Shown here: piece after piece, positions 42,453 to 50,665 of the stretch
Layout: each line of letters begins with the position of its first letter
How positions within the stretch are numbered: the stretch's first letter is position 1
From: Leptolyngbyaceae cyanobacterium
Lineage (GTDB): Bacteria; Cyanobacteriota; Cyanobacteriia; Phormidesmidales; Phormidesmidaceae
Direction of reading: 5' to 3'
Length of the DNA stretch: 64,000 nt
Assembly: GCA_050331235.1 (NCBI GenBank)
Contig: JBHJHA010000060.1
Span: forward strand, 10,235 to 74,234
The notes under the pieces: generated by a model
What the model saw: the letters and a program-made list of their open reading frames with translations, nothing else
Told to the model about the DNA's origin: nothing
Database searches by the model: none
Made by a program: the position numbers and the translations under genes

Positions 42453-42484
42453 GGAGTCACGACTAACGTTGTGGCTCCTTTTTT
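42453..42484 (+). terminator. Intrinsic terminator of rpsA
   Basis: GGAGTCACGAC-TAAC-GTTGTGGCTCC followed by T6. Confidence 0.85.
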
Positions 42485-42568
42485 GTGAGAACTGTGTTTG
42501 GGCTCAACTGAGTTCCTACGGGATAGGCATGTAAAAACGGCTTGCCTGGAACCGTGGACGAGTTGAGA

Positions 42569-43663
42569 CTATCCGCCGTAAATAATGGCGTCAAATAGGA
42601 CGTAGCGCTCTTCACCAATATTGAGAAAGACGCGATCCCCCTGGCGGGTACTGCTAAATGCTCCAGAGCCCCCCTCGACCTGGACGGGATTGCCATTCTC
42701 AAAGTAGACGGTAAAGGTGTTGCCGTACTGGGTGGTGATATCGACATAGCCACTGCCGTTGCCTTCGCGGACGACTCCGAAAGGACACTCTCCGTTGGCC
42801 TCAGCTGGGGTCATAGCGCAGGCGATCGCACCCGTCGCGTTATAGCTGGTGCCTGGGACGATGGCGTCTCCTGGAGAACTGCTTGCTCCCGCATTACCGC
42901 CTCCAGAAATGATCATTTCTAATCGATAGTTGGCTGCTTCCTCGCGGCGGGCGGCACTGCGCATCAAATACACGCGCACTTTGTAATCGCCGGTTTCGGG
43001 CAAGCTGCCTTCGTACTGATTGCCATTGATGGAGCCGTTGAAGATGGCCTCGTCATTGCTGCCGGGGGGCAAAATATTGAAGTAGTTGGCGGTATTGTCA
43101 GTCGCCATGCTGATGTTGGCATACTGACCGGCTTGCGCGTTCAGCACATAATCGATGGTGTTGTAGCCAACGATGGTGGCTTCGACGGTAGCGCTGGTGG
43201 CTCCGGGTTGAAACTGAACACGCTGCTTGGGAATGCCGTCTGAACTAGGCTGGCTACTGACAGGGCCAGAGTTGGATGGCGGTGCAGAGCTGCTTGACTC
43301 TGCTGTAGGTGCGGCCGCAGTTTCTGATGAACTGCCTGATTCGGCGAGAGTACATTCAGTCAATATGATCGCGTTGTTGACCTCAACGACTGCCTTTTCA
43401 CCGTCGATCAGGAGTTTGGTACTGCCATCGCTATAGGTGGTGCCAGAGTCTGACTCGACCAGCGGCAAGGCTAGATTTGGGCGATCGGGCAAATCAGCAA
43501 CCGCTTCATTTGGCGATAGGCGAGCCGTAAACTCGGTACCGCCTTTGCATTGGTACGTTACGAGTGAGCCTTGGCCGGTTGCGGTGTTGGTGTCGGTATT
43601 ACAGCCCAATAAACAAAATGATGTGAGCAAACCAGCACTCACTCGAAAAGATTGGTTCTTCAT
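42569..43663 (-). CDS. Lipoprotein: MliC-like + PliG-like + uncharacterised C-terminal domain
   Basis: Lipobox LLGC; YQC..SDSGTTY..EC (MliC-like); VQFQPG..LPETGDYKVRVYLMRSAARR (PliG-like); C-x10-C tail domain. Confidence 0.8.
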   Translation of the reverse strand: MKNQSFRVSAGLLTSFCLLGCNTDTNTATGQGSLVTYQCKGGTEFTARLSPNEAVADLPDRPNLALPLVESDSGTTYSDGSTKLLIDGEKAVVEVNNAIILTECTLAESGSSSETAAAPTAESSSSAPPSNSGPVSSQPSSDGIPKQRVQFQPGATSATVEATIVGYNTIDYVLNAQAGQYANISMATDNTANYFNILPPGSNDEAIFNGSINGNQYEGSLPETGDYKVRVYLMRSAARREEAANYRLEMIISGGGNAGASSSPGDAIVPGTSYNATGAIACAMTPAEANGECPFGVVREGNGSGYVDITTQYGNTFTVYFENGNPVQVEGGSGAFSSTRQGDRVFLNIGEERYVLFDAIIYGG

Positions 43664-43798
43664 GGGTGTTCTCAGTCTCAAGTTGCTTGTGATCAAACCG
43701 CTAGGGCTCTCACCCAATGCTTGTTATCAGGTGAGAGCCGTCACGCATGACCGGGTTTGCCAGAGCTACCGCAATGGCGTCTACTAGCTTTGGCTTGG

Positions 43799-44398
43799 TT
43801 ACTCAGGCAAGGGTCGATCAATGGTGCTGGCGGGCAATCCAGGCATCAACACTGGACCGTCGCTGGTCATCTCAACTTCGTAAAAAACGCGACTTTCTCG
43901 CGATGCACAGCACAGGGCGTCTTCACGACTGTAGCGGTTGAACGAGGCATCGATAGCGCCATCGCGATAGAGGTTGACGTCAAAGAGGCTACCGTCGGTA
44001 CGGGAGTCCATCAGGTTCGGTGACAGCGTGCCGGCGAATTCACCATCGACGAAGACAAAGGTCTGATAGCTGAAGGGGCGACACATCCCGTCGGCATCAG
44101 CCATGCCAGTGATTACTGTGGTGTCACCAAAGATGTAAGCCGGTCCAGAGAGGGACCATCCCGCCGCTTCAACGAGAGCATCTTCATAGAGTCGGGACTT
44201 ACGAATCGTTTGCTCACACTCTGGCAGGTTGGAAAATTCTGAATTGGGCGCTTGAGGAATTTCGGCACCAGCGACATTCCAGTTGGTGTCGCCGTCGAGC
44301 CAGGTACCGTCTTGGCTGGTTTGGGCTGAGGTGTGGGGCGCTAAGAGCAGAGACGCCAGCACCATAGAGCCAGAAATCAAAGAGACTGTTTTCATCAT
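43799..44398 (-). CDS. Secreted LppP/LprE-like protein
   Basis: Signal peptide; DGMCRP..YQTFVFVDGEFAGTLSP..SRTDG..RY..DALCCAS. Confidence 0.7.
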   Translation of the reverse strand: MMKTVSLISGSMVLASLLLAPHTSAQTSQDGTWLDGDTNWNVAGAEIPQAPNSEFSNLPECEQTIRKSRLYEDALVEAAGWSLSGPAYIFGDTTVITGMADADGMCRPFSYQTFVFVDGEFAGTLSPNLMDSRTDGSLFDVNLYRDGAIDASFNRYSREDALCCASRESRVFYEVEMTSDGPVLMPGLPASTIDRPLPE

Positions 44399-44502
44399 GG
44401 TCGATGTACCTATCGAGGTTTTTGGAAGTGAAGACTGATTGCCCAGCGGCTAAATCCGCTGCTGGGGCATTGCGAAGCCGAAAAATATTAGAGTCTGCGA
44501 CC

Positions 44503-45165
44503 CTAGTCTATGCCCGTCACGACGATTTCATCGAGGCGGAAAAACTCTTCGTCATTGATGTTGATAAAGTACTGACCGTCTAAATACTGGGTTTGCAAAT
44601 TGTCTCCTGGATCAATTGCGTGCAGCGCACCGCCATAAAAGGCCAAGTGGTGCTCAGTGCCCGTGACTCCGTACAGGGTTAGGCTGGAGTTGCCCGGATC
44701 GCCAAAAATGACGTCAGTCTCACACTGGCTGTCGTAGGTGGGGGCCACAATGGAACAGGGCACCCAACCACCCCCACGTTGGGGCTCATTAATAGCAGCA
44801 GTGTTAGCGCTCGTCTCGCCACCGTCCCAGTACACAAAGATCGAGACATCGGCGAGGCGATAGATAGTGCCAATTTCCCCCAGGCCATCTTCGCGTATGG
44901 CTCGTTGCCCATATTGATCGGTATAGGTGTTGGCCTGATTGGGGTCGGGGACCAGTTCGTAGGTGGTCCCATCCTCAAGGGTAAGGGTGACAAAGCCCTG
45001 TCGCTGAGAAAAGGTGCAAGGACCATAGCTAGTGGCGGTATCTTCGCCGATGGGATACACGTCACAGCGGGCTTGGGCCGTATCGGCTCGAGCACTCGTG
45101 GCGAGCCCCACCGTGGCGATCGCGGCGCACAACGATACAGAGAAAGTAGACAAACGAGACATCAT
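44503..45165 (-). CDS. Secreted two-domain hypothetical protein
   Basis: Signal peptide ..ARA; ARCDVYP..PCTFSQRQG domain; C-terminal C-x10-C domain. Confidence 0.75.
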   Translation of the reverse strand: MMSRLSTFSVSLCAAIATVGLATSARADTAQARCDVYPIGEDTATSYGPCTFSQRQGFVTLTLEDGTTYELVPDPNQANTYTDQYGQRAIREDGLGEIGTIYRLADVSIFVYWDGGETSANTAAINEPQRGGGWVPCSIVAPTYDSQCETDVIFGDPGNSSLTLYGVTGTEHHLAFYGGALHAIDPGDNLQTQYLDGQYFININDEEFFRLDEIVVTGID

Positions 45166-45386
45166 AAATTCACTCCTCTACACAAGATATACAGCTGATT
45201 TAGTTAGCCACTGCGACCCGAGCAAGCGATTGAAAACTGAGTTGTAGTTGACCGCTAAGTCAGCTTTTGTTTCCCAACAATCTACTAGAAAAATACCGTG
45301 AGCTGACCTGTCCGCGTCAAAAACAGCGCGTAAACTTTGCCGCCGCAGATAGACAGATAAGACTTCCTCGTAGAGAACGATATCCA

Positions 45387-47378
45387 TCAGTTTTGAGGCA
45401 GTAAAAAGTCAGGTCGTAGAGCCGGTACACAGGTTTGGTTGAGTGGGCGATCGGGCTGGGTGAGAAACTGCTGGATCAGATCTTGAGCACACGGGGAATA
45501 TTGCAGCGTGATGTGTCCTGCACTGGGTAAAAATACAAATTGGCTGTTGCTTAAGGTGTCCGCTGCCAGCCGAGACCAGTTGGCGGGTGTCTGGGTATCG
45601 TAATGACCCGCTAAGACCAGCGTGGCAATGTCGCTGACCACAGGTGCTTGTTCGATCGCATCCGGCGTCCCCGCAGCGAAGCCATCGCAAATGGCAAAGT
45701 AACTCGCCACCGTATCAAACGGGCGACGGAGCGGCACTAGTGGCAGCGCCTGATAATAGGCCCAAGCCTGGCTCAGATCTTCGAAGGGCACTTCCTCCTG
45801 GCACTGGACGGCATAGTGCATCCCTTCGGCAATTTCGCCATAAAAGCGCGGCAGGGGTAGATCGGCGATCGCCAATGCAGAAAAAATGGCGTCTACATCG
45901 GCCTGACTCAGCTCCATCGTCAACGACATCAGGGATGCCGGTGGCGGCGCTTCCAGCGACAACCCAAAGTTGAGGAAATTGAGCAGTAGCGTCTGGGTCT
46001 GAGGTACGTCGTGGCGGCCCATGAGCGAGAGCAAATATTCCGCTAAGTAAAGCCCGCCAGGGGAACGGCGATCGCTGATTTCCTGATACACCTGGGCCAG
46101 CCACTGATCGGCCAATGGCTGCCCCGTCGTCGGTGGATCGGCCAGCGGTGGAGTGCGATCGGTGGGCGCTGCTTCAGTCGGAGCGTTAATGATTTGCTCG
46201 ATGTAGGTGGTGCCGTCTCCCTGGCTAAATTCCTGCAGGATCAGGGGCAGGGTGGCGGCGAGCTGCGGGTTGCGATTGAGGCGCCCAAACAATTCAGCGA
46301 CAGTGTCGGCATTGACTATGATGGGCTCCGGTGCACTGCTAGCTAAAGTCAGCGGCGTCTGATCTAAGGTAGCGGCCAACGCTAAATAGGTGCTCCGCAG
46401 GTGAGGAAAGGCGGCATGGCAGGCTGCGTCCGTCTCGCAGTCGGTGAAAAACTGTTCGGCGGCGATCGCCGCCAGCCCCGGGGTGAACTCATTGGAATCG
46501 ATGTTAGGCGGCTCAACCGAATCTAAAATCACGCTGCGGATGCCGCTATCGGGAAAATCGCGCATGACCGTCAGCGCCAACCGCGTTCCGTAGGAAACGC
46601 CCAGCAGATTGTACTGGTCGTAGCCTAGCGCCTGTACCAACGCCACAACATCGGCAGCACTGCGTTGACTGTTGTATTGAGCTAAGTCAACCCCGCGATC
46701 ACGCCAAAACTGGCTGCACTGCTGTAGCGAGCTGTAGCGAGGCAGTTGGCGATATTGGGCGACGTATTCCGCCGGGGTAGTCGCAACTTGAGGGTCAATA
46801 GCTGCAGCTACCACCAACTGGGTAAACACCGTCAAAAAGTCATCAATACTGCCACCGGCTTCGAGTAGAGGTAAGACTGCCGGTGTGTAGCAGTCGAGAG
46901 CCTCAGAAAAGGCGGTGCCGCGCTGGGCGATCAAAACCACATCCCGTTCAGCGCGAATGTCGCTGAGCCAGTCGGCGTAGCTGTGTACTGCATAAAAAGG
47001 ACTGCCGCCGGGACCGCCCTCGAGCCACACCACCGGATCAGCGGCGGGGCGATCGCCCGTGGCATGCAACACCAGATAAGACACCTGTATGGAGCGGCTG
47101 GTGTCTGGCTGCTCCCAGTTTTCCGGCACGGTTAGCTGACCGCAGGAGACTGCTCCCAAGTCACTGATATCTACCGGACAGTCAATGGAGCTCAGGCTGG
47201 TTGACGCCCATGCCGTTGAGGTTTCTGGGAGATTGGCTGCCCCCAATACTCCGCTGATTAGCAAGCTGGGCCAGCCCAGCCGCGCCATCCATCCTAAGGG
47301 CGATCGCACTTGCTTTGAGCCTCCGGTAAACGCGTTCATCGCGGGATCTGGTGGACGCTGCCGCCGATCGGGGGACAC
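45387..47378 (-). CDS. Exported alpha/beta hydrolase (TAP-like peptidase)
   Basis: CGQLTVPE, LEGGPGG, nucleophile GVSYGT, YDTQTP, AGHITL; true start uncertain. Confidence 0.85.
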   Translation of the reverse strand: MSPDRRQRPPDPAMNAFTGGSKQVRSPLGWMARLGWPSLLISGVLGAANLPETSTAWASTSLSSIDCPVDISDLGAVSCGQLTVPENWEQPDTSRSIQVSYLVLHATGDRPAADPVVWLEGGPGGSPFYAVHSYADWLSDIRAERDVVLIAQRGTAFSEALDCYTPAVLPLLEAGGSIDDFLTVFTQLVVAAAIDPQVATTPAEYVAQYRQLPRYSSLQQCSQFWRDRGVDLAQYNSQRSAADVVALVQALGYDQYNLLGVSYGTRLALTVMRDFPDSGIRSVILDSVEPPNIDSNEFTPGLAAIAAEQFFTDCETDAACHAAFPHLRSTYLALAATLDQTPLTLASSAPEPIIVNADTVAELFGRLNRNPQLAATLPLILQEFSQGDGTTYIEQIINAPTEAAPTDRTPPLADPPTTGQPLADQWLAQVYQEISDRRSPGGLYLAEYLLSLMGRHDVPQTQTLLLNFLNFGLSLEAPPPASLMSLTMELSQADVDAIFSALAIADLPLPRFYGEIAEGMHYAVQCQEEVPFEDLSQAWAYYQALPLVPLRRPFDTVASYFAICDGFAAGTPDAIEQAPVVSDIATLVLAGHYDTQTPANWSRLAADTLSNSQFVFLPSAGHITLQYSPCAQDLIQQFLTQPDRPLNQTCVPALRPDFLLPQN

Positions 47379-47511
47379 CCGCTATCTCTCCACCCCGCCA
47401 TCTCAGCTCAACCTACCATGAGCTATTGCGGGTTGAGGCGGTTCTCAAAAAGCTGGAAGCTAGCAGCGAATTGCCCTATGTTGTAAGGCGACTCAGCGAT
47501 CGCAATTAGTC

Positions 47512-48630
47512 ATGATTCAGGCTTATTTGGTGCCCATCGAGGAGGCCGCTTTCGTTTTCTTTGGGCTGGCGGTGCTGCTGCTCATCCCCATTTGCGCAGT
47601 GCACTATCGGCGGTTTGGCTACGTTATGCCGTCCCGCGCTACGGTGTTTTATTCGCTGCTGTTTTACAGTCTGTGTGCGGTTTTTTTAGTGAGTCTGCCG
47701 CTGCCGACGATCACGGCGGACTTTTGCGAGGTGCATACTCTGGCGCGTCAGGTGCGCCTTACCCCATTTCAGTTTGTGCCCGACATCATTTTGGGGAACC
47801 AAATTACCCTGCGGCATTTCAACCTGATTTCGATGTTGGTGAGCTCGGTGTTCCTCCAGGCGTTTTTCAACTTTTTGCTATTGATGCCGCTGGGCTTTTA
47901 CCTGCGGTATTACTTCAATTTGGGGTGGGGAGGAGCTGCTGCGATCGCCCTCGCGGTGACGGGACTGTTTGAGCTATCGCAAATCACGGGGTTGTTTGGC
48001 TTCTATCCCTGTCCCTATCGCACCTTTGATGTGGATGATCTTATTCTCAATACCGCTGGGGCTTTGGTGGGTTACGGGACGATGCCGTTTTTCAGTGCCC
48101 ATCTGCCCAATCTGCAGGCGCGCCATGCGCCGCCGGTAGCCGTGTCTTGTGGGCGACGGTGGGTGGCGTTTGCTGTGGACTGGTTTTTGGCTAACAGTGT
48201 GTCTCGGCTGCTGGGGGCGCTGCTGCTTGGGCTGCATACGCCCCATGCACTTTGGCTGGACGGCTTGGTGTATGGTCTGTGGTTTGTCGGGGTGCCGAGT
48301 TTGTGGCAGGGGCGCACCGTGGGCAAAGCGCTGGTTAATATTCAGCTTGTGCAGTCTTCTGGGCAACCGGTGCAGCTGAGTCAACTGGCACTGCGTTATG
48401 GATTGTTGCTGGGGCTGCCAGTGCTTACGGAGGTGGCGTTGCTGCATCAGTTATCAGAGCAACAGAGAGGATGGATCACGATCTCGCTCTTGATACTTCT
48501 AGTTCTAGAGGCGATCGCGCTAGCTGGCCTCATGCTGGTTCGCCCAGACCATCGGGGACTACATGATCTCATGGCTGACACTCATCATCACGTTCTCGCA
48601 TCCCGCCAGCAAAATACCGTCAGCCTCTAA
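47512..48630 (+). CDS. VanZ + RDD domain membrane protein
   Basis: FNFLLLMPLG, FELSQITG..YRTFDVDDLILNTAG (VanZ); RRWVAFAVD, TVGK, GLHDLMADT (RDD). Confidence 0.88.
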   Translation: MIQAYLVPIEEAAFVFFGLAVLLLIPICAVHYRRFGYVMPSRATVFYSLLFYSLCAVFLVSLPLPTITADFCEVHTLARQVRLTPFQFVPDIILGNQITLRHFNLISMLVSSVFLQAFFNFLLLMPLGFYLRYYFNLGWGGAAAIALAVTGLFELSQITGLFGFYPCPYRTFDVDDLILNTAGALVGYGTMPFFSAHLPNLQARHAPPVAVSCGRRWVAFAVDWFLANSVSRLLGALLLGLHTPHALWLDGLVYGLWFVGVPSLWQGRTVGKALVNIQLVQSSGQPVQLSQLALRYGLLLGLPVLTEVALLHQLSEQQRGWITISLLILLVLEAIALAGLMLVRPDHRGLHDLMADTHHHVLASRQQNTVSL

Positions 48631-48830
48631 GGCGACATACCTGATGTAGGGCTCTTGCCTGTGAAGAGGTTGCTCGATTTTGGTCAGTGCCTTGGGCCAG
48701 ACTTTATGACTTGGGCATCAACTCAGAGATCGCCAGCGCTATGTCAGAAACTAAGGCAGATTTCAGCGTATCCGTTGCGGTATGAATCGGGTCTTTACGG
48801 TAAGAGAATATTGCTCAGCAAGGAGGCGAG

Positions 48831-49574
48831 GTGTTTACAGTTCACTGTCAGGGTGTGCGATTTGAGGCGATCTCAGCCATCCTGTGGGATAAAGACGGTA
48901 CCTTAGCCGACTCCCACAGCTTTTTAAGGACTTTGGCAGAGCGGCGATCGCGCCTGCTCGATCAGCACGTGCCCGGCGTTTATGCCCAGCTTATGGCAGC
49001 CTTTGGCTGTGGGGAAGTACAGTATGATCCCGCCGGTTTGATGGCGGTTGGCACCCGCTATGACAATGAAGTGGCCGCCGCCACCCTAGTAGCGATGACA
49101 GGAAGGCCCTGGGCAGACGCTTTGGCGCTGGCTCAAGATGTCTTTGTTGAGAGCGATCGCAGTTTGTCTCACAAAGCCCCTCTAACGCCTCCCCTGCCTG
49201 ATATTCCTCCACTGCTCACAGCGCTGCAGCAAATGGGACTGAAACAGGCAATTTTGTCCGGCGACACCACCCAAAATATTCAAGATTTTGTTGCCCACTA
49301 TCAACTAGAGGCGGCGATCGCCTGGTGCGCCGGCAGTAAGGTGCCCCCTGGTAAGCCCGATCCTCAGATGGTGCGAACCGCCTGTGTAAAACTGGGAGTG
49401 CAGCCTGATCAGTGTTTGGTTGTGGGGGACTCTGGTTTGGACCTGCAGCTGGCGCGAAATGCTGGTTGTGGCGGATTCGTCAGTGTGACCTGGGGCGGCA
49501 GTCCGGCGATTGTGGGAGCTGATGCCGTGTTGACCCACCCGCAGCAGTGGCAATGCGAACCGTCTCCAACCTAG
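48831..49574 (+). CDS. HAD family hydrolase (phosphoglycolate phosphatase-like)
   Basis: WDKDGTL, LSGD, KPDP, VVGDSGLD. Confidence 0.88.
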   Translation: MFTVHCQGVRFEAISAILWDKDGTLADSHSFLRTLAERRSRLLDQHVPGVYAQLMAAFGCGEVQYDPAGLMAVGTRYDNEVAAATLVAMTGRPWADALALAQDVFVESDRSLSHKAPLTPPLPDIPPLLTALQQMGLKQAILSGDTTQNIQDFVAHYQLEAAIAWCAGSKVPPGKPDPQMVRTACVKLGVQPDQCLVVGDSGLDLQLARNAGCGGFVSVTWGGSPAIVGADAVLTHPQQWQCEPSPT

Positions 49575-49643
49575 TGAAATGGCGATAGCCTGAGAAACAG
49601 CTGGCTTCAGCTTGCTGGTAAACGTCCTCTATCAAGAACTCAG

Positions 49644-50213
49644 ATGATGGCAAACTCCACATGGGCGCTTAAGGAATGGGCTGTCGTTGTCGATGCGCTG
49701 CTTTCGGGCGACTTGATTCTCCTGGTGCGAAAAGGCGGTATTCGAGAACAGCGGCCAGTATTTGAAGTGCCGAGCGATCGCGCACTGCTGTTTCCTACCT
49801 ATGAGCATCAGCAGGTGGCGGCACTGCGATCGCCCTGGCAGTCACAGCTCCGGTCACAAGCGGTGTATGAGGTTGGGGCCTCGGTATCGCTTTCTGGCTG
49901 GGCCGAAGTCACCCACCAACTGCCTCTGAAGGGCTCCGATGTGATTGAGCAGCTCCATCCATTTCACATCTGGACCGATGCTTGGCTCACCGAGCGCCTC
50001 GCCTGGAAGCCGGAGCGACCTGCTTTTGGCCTCTTGCTACGGGCCTATTGTCTCAGCCAGCCGGTGTTGTTGACCTATCAAAAACACCACGGCGGCTGCC
50101 GTTCCTGGCTGGAGCTCGATGACTTTGCCGAGCTACCCATCAAAACCCCAGTATTGTCGGAGCTAGACTACCAACAGCGGGTTAAGGATATCCAGCAGGC
50201 GATCGCGAGCTAA
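49644..50213 (+). CDS. DUF1802 family protein
   Basis: ALKEWA, RKGGIRE, LFPTYEHQ, GGCRSW. Confidence 0.85.
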   Translation: MMANSTWALKEWAVVVDALLSGDLILLVRKGGIREQRPVFEVPSDRALLFPTYEHQQVAALRSPWQSQLRSQAVYEVGASVSLSGWAEVTHQLPLKGSDVIEQLHPFHIWTDAWLTERLAWKPERPAFGLLLRAYCLSQPVLLTYQKHHGGCRSWLELDDFAELPIKTPVLSELDYQQRVKDIQQAIAS

Positions 50214-50665
50214 TCCAGCTTTTTACAGTAGCGCTACGGATAAGGCGATTCCCCACTGCCACCTTCCCCTTGTGAATGACTCCCGATAAAAGTCGTCCTG
50301 CCGCTGACGTCGCAAACCTTCCATAACCAGGTTGTCCAGCTGAAAAGCTGCGGCCCATCACTCGCTCCGCACCTCAGGTTGAACCCAATGCCCACAGACA
50401 GCCCCATCTGCGAGGTCCAGAACACCAGCTCGTCTTGGTCGTAGGACGTGCAAACTTGGATGACGGTTGAGGGAAATTCAAATTCACCCCAGTTGCCACG
50501 CCATCACGCAGTCCGTCTAGCCGTGTTACGACCCGCTACAGGCGATCGCCAAAACCAGGGCAGAGGATGAAGCACACCTTGAGACTAGACCTCAGTACCT
50601 AGCTCCTAATCCCTCGCCCCGTCCACGAACAATCTGTGCTGAGTCAGCTTGAGGACCGTTATCAA

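Noticed and set aside
45178..45387. 69-aa ORF coupled (TGATG) to the hydrolase stop
   Set aside because: No motif or clear RBS; occupies the likely promoter of the next gene; coupling may be chance
50225..50500. Possible gene remnant on the minus strand between the DUF1802 and acyltransferase genes
   Set aside because: Frames look vaguely coding, but I cannot assign any family; needs BLASTX
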